Origin: Chara braunii | Lineage: Eukaryota; Plantae; Charophyceae | Assembly: GCA_003427395.1 (NCBI GenBank) | Contig: BFEA01000003.1 | Coordinates: forward strand, 8,637,554 to 8,701,553 | DNA length: 64,000 nt | Reading direction: 5' to 3' | In this document: piece after piece, positions 25,601-38,879 of the stretch | Position numbering within the stretch: position 1 is the first letter of the stretch | Layout of the letters: each line of letters starts with the position of its first letter | Position numbers and translations under genes: made by a program | Notes under the pieces: generated by a model | Databases searched by the model: none | What the model saw: only the letters and a program-made list of their open reading frames with translations | What the model was told of the DNA's origin: nothing

Positions 25601-26790
25601 CTTGCCAACAGGCGCCCTCTGGCCAGTAGTCAGCCAGAGGATGCTTCAGACAGTTCTGACGATGGTCAGGCCTCCTTTGTCACTGGAAGCACCACAATAT
25701 GCTCATACAGGGTCACTTCATGATAAGAGGGAGGAACAGATGCCTGAATATGATCCACTCACCTGTAAAGAGGATACTCAGAAAGAAGAGCAGACAACTG
25801 AGGCAGCGCTCCTCTGTGAAGGGGGTCCTCAGAAGAAGGTGCAGGTACCCGAGGATGGGCTATCGCAGTGCTCCGGTCCTCTTGATAAGAGGGAGTTACA
25901 TCCGGGAAATATTTCAGATCCCCTGAAGGGCCCTGAAGGGGGGACAGATACAAGGAAACGAACAGATTATGGTTCCTAAGGGGATGGTAATGCTCAATGA
26001 GGGAGATGAGGAGTATTCGGAGATCATTGACCTCTCAGGTGATATTATTTCCCAGGAATCCCACAACACTCTGTCCCAGATACCTCGAGGGGATGAAATA
26101 ATACTGTACCAACACAAAGAAGAAGAGACCAATGGGTCCTTGCAGCAAGAGAATGATCAGTCAATCATTCCTATTGAGGAAAAGAAAAAGAGGATTTCAC
26201 AGCAAAGAATGGTCTCCTTAAAATCGACAGATGCACAAAGTCAAATTGAGGGTTTGGTTTCCTTTCCAGTTCCGGTAACACAAGAAATGGGAAAAAGACA
26301 AAAACTAAGGAATATGCTGGAAAGGGGACACGCGGTTAAACCGCCAAACCTAAAAGGGAATCTAGTGATACCTGTGAGAAAGAGGAATGGGAAGTGGGAG
26401 CTTGGTCTCTCCCCGATAGGACAAGACCAGTATGGGGGCGTCACGTTAAGGGGATGGACAACACATACAGAGTATCAGACAGTGAACGACCGAATGTTCA
26501 AAAGAGATTTACAAGATTTCTTATCCAAACACTATGACCCGGGTTCACAGGCCATTCTCATGGAAGTTGGGGACAAAGCTCTGATGACTAAGAGAGATGT
26601 CTTTGTCCGCTTTGAGGAACACAAGGAAGCAGGCCTTAAGTGATATTCTCATACTGCCCTCTTGGATCTGCAATGCCTTAAGGTCAAGGTCAATTCTGTG
26701 TGGTCGGTAGCTGATGTGGCATCCTTTTGCTGTTCCATTCTTAGAAGAGGAATTCTCCTCTCCTCTTCCGATTTTGACAAGGGAGCTTGG
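22680..26790 (+). pseudogene. LINE A ORF1 (long, disrupted, spans an N-gap)
   Basis: FWVEFCHIP and CCHC-type knuckle; C-terminal region homologous to LINE C ORF1. Confidence 0.7.
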
Positions 26791-26857
26791 AATAGACTAT
26801 AAAAAGAAGGAAAGATAAATTTTTGATATTTTGATAAATATTTTGATCATATCACTT

Positions 26858-29800
26858 ATGGAGGCTCTTCATGCTTTTTATGGTAGAAATCCAGCATGGC
26901 ACCGTGCTACACAAGCAGCAGATCTGGATATCAGATCGCTCAATGTAAACGGACTAGCCACGGCTGATGGGGAAAAGAGAAGAACCTTGATGGAAAACTG
27001 AAAGGAGTAAGGGGACGTATGTGGCCAGACCTTATTTGTATCCAAGAGACGCATCTTACGGAAGCTCCTATTCATGTGAGAGCCCATAATTTGGTTTGGC
27101 CATATACTAAGTACTACTCACCATCTCAACGCAGTGGTTCGGGGGGAGTGGCCATTTGGGTTCCGCCGGAATCAAGAGTGNAAATCATACAATGGTCAGA
27201 TGATAAAAGTCATGGTAGATGGGTGTCTGCGTTAATCATGGTAGAACTAGAAGTCNTATGTGTAATAAATGTGTATGGACCAAATGATGTTCAAGAAAGA
27301 GTGAATTTCTTCCAGGAAATTAAATCTCAGATGTCAGCAGGTATTCCGATTATCATGGCAGGAGATTTCAATGCTGCTCCGGACAGATGGTTAGATCGTT
27401 GGAAAATACCTGATCCATGTCCGCCATATGTAGAAATAGATGAAATAATAATTAATTCCCTATGTGAAAATCAGCGATTATTTGATACCTATAGAAGGAT
27501 TTTTCCACTGGAGAAATTATTTACTTGTATTAGAAATAGTGGAACCCCATCTCAAACGCGCTCCAGAATTGATCTGATACTGATGTCTGATGATCTAGAC
27601 AGATCCTTACTGTGGGCGGCAATATTCCCACAAAGCCCTTGGTCGGGGGCCGATCATAAGATGTGTGTGGCTCTCCTGTCTTTTTCAAAAAAGATAGACT
27701 AAGGGCGAGGCTTTTACAAACTAAACTCTTCTTTACTTAAACAGGGTCAATTTAAGCATTACAGATGTGTGGGCCTTTTGGCATTCAACTAAAGATAGGC
27801 ATGATTCTTATGAGGAATGGTTTAATAATGGCTTAGCTTTTTTATCTAAGAAATGTAATGAGTTTTCGAAAATACAAGCCAAAAACAGATATCAACAAGA
27901 AATAAATATACAAGAACAAATTCTAAATTACGAATTATCATATCATTCTGATGATGACCCTCCTCTTACTGATATTCAGGACCTAAAAAAACAATTACTT
28001 TCCTTTGCTCAGCATCGCTGGCAAGGTCATTTGATTAGAGACAAACTAACTAAGTTTGTGACAGAAGGACAAATGGATGCTACTTTCTTTGCTCTCGCTC
28101 GTACACGATCGAGACGCTCCTTAATAAATGGACTTACAGATCCAAGTAGTACGGATCAACTTTTATCCTCATCCTCAGCAGGCAGTCTAAAAATAGCATA
28201 TGATTTCTACAAAAATTTCTTCTCATCTTCCAAGGATCCTGAGGAAACAAAGGAAGATGATTTAGCAATAAACAGTTTTCTTCAGCCCATGACACAAACA
28301 CTCTCCCAGGAACAAAAAAATTTATTAGAAAGACCAATGGAAAAAGAGGAAATTTGGGCAGCATTACTACAGATGGAGGAAGGGAAAACCCCAGGAATTG
28401 ATGGCTTGCCAAAAGAATTTTGGGAAATCATGTGGCCAACTTTTGCCTCTGATCTAATGAAATTCTTTAACTCAATCAAGGAATCTGGAAAAATGGGGGA
28501 ATTTGTGGGACAAGGAATCCTTACACTCATCCATAAAAAGGGGGATAAGACAAACATTAGAAACTACAGACCGATTACTTTATTAAGTGTGGTCTATAAA
28601 ATGTTAGCTAAAGCTTTGGCTAATCGTCTGATCCCTGTGATGGCGGACATTATTCATCCCTCTCAAACAGAATTTATCAATGGGAGACATATTCAAGACA
28701 ACATATTACTCATTAACGAAATAATTAAACTATCAAGACAATCAAAGAATAACGCTGCCTTTATTTTTATCGATTTTGAAAAAGCTTATGATCATGTGGA
28801 TTGGAGATTTTTAGATGCTTGCTTAGTTAAAATGAATTTTGGACAAAACTTAAGGAAATGGGTACGTATCCTACATATGAATGCAACCACACGCATTCTT
28901 ATAAATGAGCTTCTTTCTGCGGAAATCAAACTATAACGGTCGGTCAGACAAGGAAATCCATTAGCACCCTTCTTGTTCTTAATCATCATGGAAGCACTAG
29001 GGGCCAATTTGAGGGCAAATAGAAATATAAAAAAATTGAGTATCTCTGGAATCCCTGAGGAAGTCATCCCAATCTTTTCAATGTTTGCTGACAATCTTAC
29101 TGTTATCATGGATGCGACACAAGAGAATATGGTTGAAATCTAAGCGCTAATGAACAGGTTCGCACAAGTCTCAGACATGGTTGTCAACTGGGGCAATAAA
29201 ACCCAGGACTGGTCGATCCACTCTGCAAGAGATAGGCCACCGGAACAACCAAGAGTGAAATAGCTACCTTTAGAAGCACCAGTGCATGTCTTGGGGGTCT
29301 CCCTAACTGCAGTCGGGAAACCCACCACTCATAATGAGTGGGTAACTAAACCAGTTATTGACAAGATGAATTTATGGAAAAATAAGCATACTTCAGTATG
29401 TGGGAGAACTCTTATTATTAACAATGTCATATTGGCTTCTATATGGTATAAAACGGAGTTGTGGTCGTTGAGTAAAATAAGCACTAAAGTGTTGCATAGG
29501 CAGACCACAGCCTTTCTGTGGAGGGGTAATCATGATTTGAACAAGGTTATCCCTAGAGTGGCTTGGAGATATCTGTGCCAACCTAAATCCAGAGGGGGCC
29601 TAGGGATTCTAGACCCTACACTTCAGTCGCAGGCTTTAGCTTAACAATGGATAAAAAAGTTAATCTTGTCTACTGATTTACCATGGCAACCAATGGTCTT
29701 AGAACAAATTAGAAGATTAGCACCCCGGGCAAGTGAAGATACTCATCCTCTTTCCTGGATTGAAGATCGATTTTGGACTATCCCTAGAGTGTTAATGGGA

Positions 29801-31402
29801 AGAAGAGGTTCAGGGGATAGAGAGGAGGCCAGAAGGGATCTAGTTTTGGATAATTTATGGGCAAATCTTTTTAAAATTTAGAGGCAGCTTCCATTGCCAG
29901 ATGGACCCTTTCCCAATAGGTACGAAGAAATCCTTCGCCAACCCTTGTTTGGAAATCGTTGGATCACTGGCATGAATGGTTGTATCCTTAATGCTTCTAA
30001 ACCTCCATGGAGTCAATGGGTTAGAAAAGGCATTACACGGATTAAGGACATATGGGATCCCTGTATAAAAGATTGGAAGTCAGGTGATCAAATTAAATCG
30101 ACACTAAGGTATGCACATCACCTAAATACAAACTTGGAGCAAATGATTTTTTTCATTCCTCTAGCATGGGTTTCCACCCTCAGGAAAGGTCCTAAGATCA
30201 AGGAGGGGGATTGAGTGGTGGGAGTTCAAAATAATGGAGAAAAGGTAGTGGGGCAGGTAGTCCTTAAATCCCAGCAAGATGCCTCAGTCAGCATCTGCAG
30301 AACTAACAGACATCATTTCCTGATTCACGCGAGGGATGATCCGGTAGTATTGTTCCCCTTAACACATATGTATCGGGTTAGGGTTCTATTTATTCCATCA
30401 GTTCAGAAATGNAAGGTTTTCCACCCAGAAATTCTCATCCCAGATTTACCGCTGGACCCTGAGGAATGGGTATGGAATACCTCGAAAAAAGGTCACTCTA
30501 GATCCCTGCAAAATCTTACGGTTAAAGCGACATATCGATTACTTAGACCAAAAATTTATATTTAAGCAATCATTTGGGAAAGATGGGCTACGCATCTGAA
30601 TCAGGACATAAATTCGATCAAAAGAATTAAATTTTTCAATAAAATTAAACAGAGGCCAGCAAAATTCACGTCTCTCCAATGGCAAATAGCACACCGATGC
30701 CTACCCACCAATGATTGGATTACAGACCGAACTTCATTAGAACAAAAGGGTTTAGCTCTCCCTTGGTGCAAATCTTGTGTAACAAATTTTCCTAGTAAAA
30801 AATGCAGGGAAACAATAGAACACATTTTCATGCAATGCCCTGGGTCGGTTTTACTATGGAGAAGATGGGATTATATATGGAGAAAGTACACGGGTCTAGA
30901 TTGGCCATGGGATTGGAAAGCAATCCTACTAGGGCATTGGTTACCACAACATATCTCCCAATCTCCCTTTCAATCGAACTTTTTTGAAGTAGGGAGAAAA
31001 GCAATCATCTGGGTCCTTTGGTATAGACGTTGTGTGTCAGAAAGAGAAAACGTTAGGTTGGAAGGATCTGAACTGACCGAATACATAATTCAGTTCGTTC
31101 AGACAGAAATCAGAAATCAATGGGAAAAATTGGTTACTAAATTATATAAACTTCAAAGGAAAAAAGATATTATTGGTCTAATCAACGAATTTGAAAAGGA
31201 CTGGCTGGGCAATGAAGAGGATAGGAGTCTGGGTGAAGTGAAATGGTCAGGGAAGGAGAGACCAGGATCTCTTTTTAAAAGAGATTTCCAACTTTTTTTC
31301 CACAATTGGTTTTCAATTCAATCAAACGCCTCACTCAGAGATCCTATGTTTTTTGCTGATCCCTTCCCACCTTCCCAATTATCACTAATAGAAATGGTCT
31401 GA
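26858..31402 (+). pseudogene. LINE A ORF2 (APE endonuclease, RT, C-terminal Zn finger)
   Basis: SLNVNGL, IQETH, GDFN, RIDL, ADH; PGIDG, NYRPITL, DFEKAYD, VRQGNPL, FADN; CKSC...ETIEHIFMQC. Confidence 0.95.
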
Positions 31403-32517
31403 TGATAGAGTGTCACTAGGTGAAAGTTCCTAGGTCCTGAGGCAGCAGGCCTCCTCATTTGGATGAGGGACATTCATTAGGGGGAGTTTTTTCCAAAAAA
31501 AAAAAAAAAAAAGGTCCCAGGCTAGCGGAGTCTATTCCTCACCCACCCACCCAGCCCAATTTTATGGCACAAGAACCTCAACGCTAGCTTGAGAGGTAAG
31601 ATTTGGCACCACAAGGAAAGGTGAAGAGGTGCGGGGGCAGTTGATGTCGAGAACAGGTGGTTAGAGGAAAGAAGGACAGAAGGAAACAAAACATATATTT
31701 GATTCCCCCAGAATCAACATCCTCTCTTCAGTAGCTTGCAGANNNNNNNNNNNNNNNNNNNNNNNNNNNNNNNNNNNNNNNNNNNNNNNNNNNNNNNNNN
31801 NNNNNNNNNNNNNNNNNNNNNNNNNNNNNNNNNNNNNNNNNNNNNNNNNNNNNNNNNNNNNNNNNNNNNNNNNNNNNNNNNNNNNNNNNNNNNNNNNNNN
31901 NNNNNNNNNNNNNNNNNNNNNNNNNNNNNNNNNNNNNNNNNNNNNNNNNNNNNNNNNNNNNNNNNNNNNNNNNNNNNNNNNNNNNNNNNNNNNNNNNNNN
32001 NNNNNNNNNNNNNNNNNNNNNNNNNNNNNNNNNNNNNNNNNNNNNNNNNNNNNNNNNNNNNNNNNNNNNNNNNNNNNNNNNNNNNNNNNNNNNNNNNNNN
32101 NNNNNNNNNNNNNNNNNNNNNNNNNNNNNNNNNNNNNNNNNNNNNNNNNNNNNNNNNNNNNNNNNNNNNNNNNNNNNNNNNNNNNNNNNNNNNNNNNNNN
32201 NNNNNNNNNNNNNNNNNNNNNNNNNNNNNNNNNNNNNNNNNNNNNNNNNNNNNNNNNNNNNNNNNNNNNNNNNNNNNNNNNNNNNNNNNNNNNNNNNNNN
32301 NNNNNNNNNNNNNNNNNNNNNNNNNNNNNNNNNNNNNNNNNNNNNNNNNNNNNNNNNNNNNNNNNNNNNNNNNNNNNNNNNNNNNNNNNNNNNNNNNNNN
32401 NNNNNNNNNNNNNNNNNNNNNNNNNNNNNNNNNNNNNNNNNNNNNNNNNNNNNNNNNNNNNNNNNNNNNNNNNNNNNNNNNNNNNNNNNNNNNNNNNNNN
32501 NNNNNNNNNNNNNNNNN

Positions 32518-33690
32518 CAGAGGGTCGTGTGAGGATAAGTTCAGCCCCGCCATGGAAAAACTGGGTCAAACATGGAATTCTTAGGATTGGAGACCTCTGG
32601 GACACTGACAGACAGACATGGAAGACGGGGGACCAAATGCGGGACATCTTAAGGTACTGCCATCGGGTCGAGGAATCCCTGGAAAACCTCGTTGAAACCA
32701 TCCCGCTGGAATGGTATCGGATTCTCAAAAGAGGCCCCACTTTAATAGAAGGGGATTGGGTGACGATTGTAGGGACCCCACACCTGATTGGATTGATCCA
32801 TATGGTTTCCCCCCAAATGATCCTGATCGAACACCACACCATCACAAAAGAACATACCCTCCAATCAATGGAGGTACCGTTTGTATGGGAGAGCAAAACA
32901 ACGGCCAACCGAGTGAGAGTCCTGGAAGAAAAGGGACAGAGGGTGGCCTTCCAGCCAGATAAACCCATCCAGGACTTAGCCTTGGACCCGGCATAATGGG
33001 CATGGNGCCAGATAAACCCATCCAGGACTTAGCCTTGGACCCGGCATAATGGGCATGGCAGCTCCCTCGACGGAGGGGCACCCCCGGAGGGAGCCACATT
33101 AGCCTGCACCTCCTAACGGTCAAATCAGCCTACAAAATGCTTCGACCCAAACGCCACTTGAGGGATATTATTAATGATAGATGAGCCAAACATTTGAATC
33201 TTGACCGCTCTCTCCTGACACCGATTCAATGGTTCAAGGAACAAAAGCACAAGCGAATGAAAATTACCTCGCTGCAATGGCAGATAGCTCATCGCTGTCT
33301 GCCGACTAACGATTGGTTGATTGACCGAACAAACCTTGAACAAAGAGGTCTGCTGCTCCCATGGTGCCAACGATGCCATAGCCTCTTCCCCTTCCACAAA
33401 AAGGCAGAAACCATTGAACACATCTTCATGCAATGTCCGATCGCCCAGTTCATATGGAGATGGTGGGACCGTGTCTGGCGAAAGATGGAACCAGATATCC
33501 CCTGGCCTTGGTCATGGCAAGCCATCCTAGCCGGACACTGGCCCCAGACAGAGACTGCCACATCCTTCACCGAAAACATGTATAGAATAGGAAGGAGGGC
33601 AGTGATGTGGGCACTTTGGTGGCAAAGATACACTCTAACCATGGAAAAAGTACGAGTAGAAGGCGCGGTTTCCAGCAAAAAGTACAGGTA
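32518..33690 (+). pseudogene. LINE B ORF2 C-terminal fragment
   Basis: PWKNWVKHGILRIGDLWD; LQWQIAHRCLPT; ETIEHIFMQC. Confidence 0.9.
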
Positions 33691-33709
33691 ACAAGACCCG
33701 GTTTCCAGC

Positions 33710-36700
33710 ACTGCATAAAGATGTGCTCGATAGTGTCATTCCTTTTTTGCATTGGGAATGCGGCCAAGCATCGGTGGCACCACAGATGCGCTTCCCCCTT
33801 TTGTTTCAAATGTGTATGGTCGATCAGCAAAGCATTTGTCGGCAGACAACGATGGGCAATCTGCAATTGCAATGACGTGATTTTTGCTGGCCTGGTTTTT
33901 GTTCCAATAAACCACTTAATGTTTGAGGAGGGATCGATCCACATTCAGGTGATGGGCCCATCTATCATTAATTCGGTCCCTTTTTTTACCTTTTTTTTAA
34001 CCTGCTATTGGAGGTGATACGAACATTCTCCAATAGCACGCCCCAGTTTATAGATGGTTCCAATCTATTGGTGGGGAGCATCACCTGCTGGAAACTGGGT
34101 CCAGCGTCCCACAGACAAGATCAGAGAAAGTATACCTGGCAGAACAGCATTGATTGCCCTCTCATGAGGGGATTGACTGTCCGCCTCATCAGCAGCCAGG
34201 TCACAGTACTCTCTTGGGTCGAAGCATCCTATACATGGATTTAACAGATAGTGTTTAGGTGGACTAGTTTACCAGTCGTCGTTGCTGTCCCTCGGGCCGT
34301 TTGCCATTGCTATTCCTCTGGGTTGATAGTCAGTTCAGGTATCGGCGTTTGGCGAAGAAAGACCTTAAAATCTTGTTCCTCCTGCAGCACTCGTACTCGA
34401 AACACCTTGAATTTCTCCCGCCACTCAAGGGGATTGCGAGAGCCACGAAGCACCCCCTTTGGCCCGATTGTGAAGTATTCCACCAAAACATCAGATATCC
34501 GCACGATGTGGATCTCCCTTAAGGTGGGGCCATGTTTAAGCACTCTATACCAAGCCAAAGAGATTGCTTCGATAACCGTTTCCAAGTGTTGCTCCGTATG
34601 GTGGCAGTACCTGAGGGTACCTTGCAGTTGGGATGCTGTTTTCCAGTCTTTCCTCCCCTGGTCCCATAGATGCCCAACACGAAATACCCCATTCTTCACC
34701 CACCCCTTCCAGGGGGCTGCTGAACTGTTTAAGATCTGCCCGTAATGGGGGTAATCCACCGGTTACCAAACAGCGGTTGTTGGCACACTTCCTTTCAGCG
34801 CTCCGATGACTGTTTCTAGGGGAGGGGAAGCCCGCGCCTGTTTTTTAGCAATGATGGGCAGAATTCGTCTGCTGCTTGGCCCTCGATTTTGCACGGTATT
34901 GACCAGTAGCGATCATCTAACCATGTAAGCGGGCTAACCTCTGGTGGGGCCGACGGGGCCAGCCGGGCAATGTGTTATAGGGTCAGAATCTGCCAAGGGC
35001 TATCCACAGAGACGATCAGCATCTTCAACCATTTAAGGAGGAGGGCCTGGACTTGTGTTGTGGGATCGATGATGCCCAGGCCCCCCGCCCTTTTCGGTTG
35101 TATGACTGACTCCCACGCTACCCTACTAACGACGTTGGCTCATTCATCTTCTGCTCTTCATAGGAAGGCTGCCACTGTGAATCTAAGCGCTTGAAAAGCA
35201 GTTTTGCTCAAGGGCTAGAGCATCGACTTATACCACAGCGTAGCAAACACTACATTGTTAATGGCCAGCACTCGGGCAAAGATGGAAGTATGCTTGTTTC
35301 GCCAGTCGGATAGCTTAGCTACAAATGGAGTCGAGATCCAATCGTCATTCGAGGGAGGGCGACCCTGGGCAGTCGATGATACCCCTAGAACTCGGACAGG
35401 AGCCTGCAAGGGGAGCCAGTGTATGTTGAGGAAGTCCAGTGGTCGGCCGCCTTGGTAGTGGATCCACTAGCCCTGGGTTTTACTCCCCCAATTCACCACC
35501 ATGTCGCAAACATGGGCAAATTCGTTCGTTAAACATTGAATGTCCATCATGTTCTCTTGTGTGGCATCCACTATGATGGTGGGGTCGTCTGCAAATAACG
35601 AACATATCGGGACCACGTCCTCAGGGATTCGCATAATCTGGATTTTTTTAATGTCCTTATTAACTCGGAGGTTGGTCGATAAGGCTTCCATAATAATGAG
35701 AAAGAGGAAGGGCGCTATAGGGTCGCCCTAGCGTACAGCCATTCCGACTTAATCGGAGGGGTCAGGGTCCTGTTGTTTGCACCCTCGTGGTGACATTGTG
35801 GTGAAGGATACGTATCCACCTACGGAAGACCGGCCCAAAGTTCAATTTTTCCAGACTTTTGTCTAGAAAGAGCCAGTCAACATGATCGTAGGCCTCCTCA
35901 AAATCGATAAAAACAAGGGCTGCATTTTGCTTAGATTGTCGGGACAACTGCAACACCTCATTGACCAGCAAGATATTTTCGTGAATTTGTCTGTGTTGCA
36001 TTAACCCTGCCTATGATGGATGGATCACCGTCTCTAGGACTGGGATCATCTTATTGCCAGGGCCTTAGCCAGCATTTCATAGGTAACGATAAAGAGGGTA
36101 ATGGATCTATAGTTTCGTATATTGAACTTGTCCCTTTTTTTATATGAAAGGGACAATACCCCTCGGCCGACCAACTCCCCCATGTCCCATGTGCACCAAA
36201 CTTCATTATGATATTCCATAAGATCAGGTCTCATACAATCCCACATTGTTTCCCAAAATTCCTTCGGCAAACCATCCAAACCGTTTCTTTTTTCCTCCTC
36301 CATCTGTAGGAGGGTCGTCCATATCTCTTCCTTGGTTAGGGGAGCCTCGAGCCGCTCCTTCTGTTCAAGGGAGAGAGACTTATCAATAGGTTGAAGAAAA
36401 TCCTCAACCTGTTTCCAACGGGTCTCCTCATCAGCAAGAGGAATATGAGTTGCGAAAAGATCCTTAACAAGTCTCAGACAATTTTGACACATCCTGCAGT
36501 TGTGATAGTAGGGTGTGTTTCGGAGCCCTCCGGTCCATACAATACTTTCACCACTTTGCACTTGGCTCTGGCACGGGCAAGGCCGAAAAATTTTGTGTCC
36601 ATTGAACCTTCGGTGGTATAATGAGAGAGTTTACCATGAATTCAAGCACCCTGCCATCGATATTGAGCTTGTTAGAGTAACTGAGTTCTTATTGCCTGAA

Positions 36701-36897
36701 TGGTCTGTACGTAGTGGTCCGATGGTCTGTACGTAGTGGTCCGAGTCTTGTGATATTGGTTGTTGTTCCAGTTCTTGGAGTTGATTTAGCAAGTCTATTT
36801 CGTGCTGATTTCGCTGTTTGGCCTGTTGTTTAGAGAACTCATTGCATTTTTTGGCCAGAAAAAAAACAGCCCATTATTGAACCATGTCAGAAGTAGT
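33710..36897 (-). pseudogene. LINE D ORF2 (RT to Zn finger), antisense, interrupted at ~33980-34250
   Basis: DGLPKEFW, NYRSITL, DFEEAYD, LFADD, HRCLPT, TIEHIFMQC. Confidence 0.9.
33981..34110 (-). mobile_element. Retroposon 3' module copy nested in LINE D
   Basis: Core 34057-34110; T-run 33981-33998. Confidence 0.75.
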
Positions 36898-36898
36898 C

Positions 36899-37560
36899 TT
36901 TTTTTTTTTTTTTTTTTTAACAATTGCTCCAATCTATTTGTGGGGAGCAGCACGTGCTGGGAACCCGGCCCAACGTCCCTTATAATTGGAATACATTGAT
37001 GGTTAATGAAAATTTGGGATGATTCAGGAATATTTCATGATGATTAAGATAACAAGCTAGAGATTGATGTTGACTACTCAGAATGCTTATCTACTCAGAT
37101 CTCACGTACTACCCTAACCCTAATCTCAGATATTCATACTAACCAGCCAATCTCTACTGAGTGAATATTGATACCAACCAAGCCTCTAACCGGTCTCACA
37201 CCCCAATCTAGCTAGGTTACAGGGCAGCGCCATCCACCCTAGCTCCGACCCTCGTCGACCAAATTGTAGCCTTTGGTCAAGTATTGCAATTGCCTTCCAC
37301 CCTCAACAATCCCAGATCTCTATCCAAGGTCAAGTATTGCAATTGCCTTCCACCCTCAACAATCCCAGATCTCTATCCAAGGTCTCAAGCTCCTTATGAA
37401 GGTTATCGGGCGATGCCCCAACATCGGCCAACGTTGTTCTTGTTTCTACTCAACCTGGGCAAGAACACAATAAGAACTCAATTAGGAAATCAGCTAAACT
37501 AGAATGCAACCTAAGAATTCGGATCTGATAATAGCGGGATCCCGAGCAAACAACCAATCT
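36899..37560 (-). mobile_element. Non-autonomous poly(A) retroposon with the 3' module; body related to 58300-59332
   Basis: Core 36926-36979; 37190-37260 matches the reverse complement of the 58915-58990 repeat; internal 55-bp tandem duplication at 37274-37384. Confidence 0.65.
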
Positions 37561-38721
37561 GATGATGATGATGATGATGATACTTGATGTTGATTGACCG
37601 TCCCTGTCCACCCCTCCTCTTTTCCCCTCTTACCACCCCTCCTTTTTTCCCCTCTTACCACCCCTCCTCTCCCTTGCTACCTCCACTAATCAAAACCACT
37701 CTGTTGTTGAGTGGTTCCTCACAGCCCCAGCAAAAGGAAAGCCTCCCTCTACCCTACTCCCCTCAAAGAAGGTTGTTCCCCCCAAAAACCTACCTCAAGC
37801 TATCTTTATCCTGCTCTACCACCACTAATAGATGATGTTCCGCCTTCCATCTCTCCCAGCCCCAGAGTTAGACAGTCCCCCTTCTCTTCCCTTGTTCCCT
37901 ATAGGCAAAAACTTCCCACCTTGTGTTTCTCCTGCAGGAAAAAAAACTCTCCCCACTCCCTCCCTCCTGCCCTCCACACCGGCAACCTTGTGGGGAGGAT
38001 TTTCACAACCTAAACTATAGAAAAGAACAAGGAAATAAAAATTGAGAAGTTGATGATAATGATGTTGATGATGATGATAATGGTCAATGAAGCTGATGAG
38101 AATGAAGACTTTTTCTCCCCCCCCCCCCCTCCTACTTTTCACGCTGACACTTCACTGCCTCCGCTGAACAGAAGTGCCCTGATCAAGAGCAGTCCTCATC
38201 AGCCCCAACTAGGGTCAGACCCACTCCTCCCATTCTCCCTACAAGGCATATGGTTCCCCCAAAAGTATGCTTCGATCAAACCTTTGCCCCAATCTGCCAC
38301 CGCTGGGATATAATCGCAGCCCCAGATTAGTACACTCCCCAAAGTCTGCCCTCGCTCCCTACAGGGCAATCATCACCTCCCGCCTTGTGATGCCCCTACA
38401 GAGGAAGGTTCTCCCCCAACTTACCATCTCGCCAGAACCAAATCATTAGTTAACGAAGGGAAAGATAGAAAAAGAGGAAATAAAACTCCATGAAGATGAC
38501 AAATGATGATGATGGCAAGAAGTGCCCTAGGATGAAGAGACTAACGAACATGTTAATGAGAAGAAGCAGCGCAGTGATGATGAAGACCCACCGCACCCTG
38601 ATGATGTCAACAATCAACGTGAAGATGCAAGAAGCGCCATGCGAAATGATGGAATTTACGACGAGGATTCGCAGTCAACATCTCTTGATCCAGCCTATAT
38701 TCATTCTGTAATTCATTCTAT

Positions 38722-38851
38722 GGGACGTTGGACCCGTTTTCCAGCAGGTGATGCTCCCCACCAATAGATGGACCTCTCCCCGGGTGCTAGTGGTGTCTGG
38801 TCTTGTTAGCACCACTAGCACTGCAGGGGGTGTGTCAAAAAAAAAAAAAAA
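38722..38851 (+). mobile_element. Retroposon 3' module copy (core, hairpin, poly(A))
   Basis: GGGACGTTGGACCCG...CCAATAGATGG; GTGCTAGTGGTG/CACCACTAGCAC hairpin; A-run 38837-38851. Confidence 0.8.
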
Positions 38852-38879
38852 GGATGAAGTGTTGAGTTATTAGGCAGAT

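Larger units (their letters stand above)
22660..31512 (+). mobile_element. Near full-length decayed L1/Tx1-type LINE (LINE A); 5' boundary approximate
   Basis: ORF1 with CFRCKAYGH knuckle; ORF2 APE-RT-Zn; poly(A) at 31495-31512. Confidence 0.9.

Noticed and set aside
31399-31436. Hammerhead-like CTGATGA...GAAA...GTC at the LINE A stop codon
   Set aside because: Stems I, II and III cannot be formed in register around the core.
32948-33057. ~51-bp tandem duplication in LINE B
   Set aside because: Identical copies joined across an N; probably a contig-overlap artefact.
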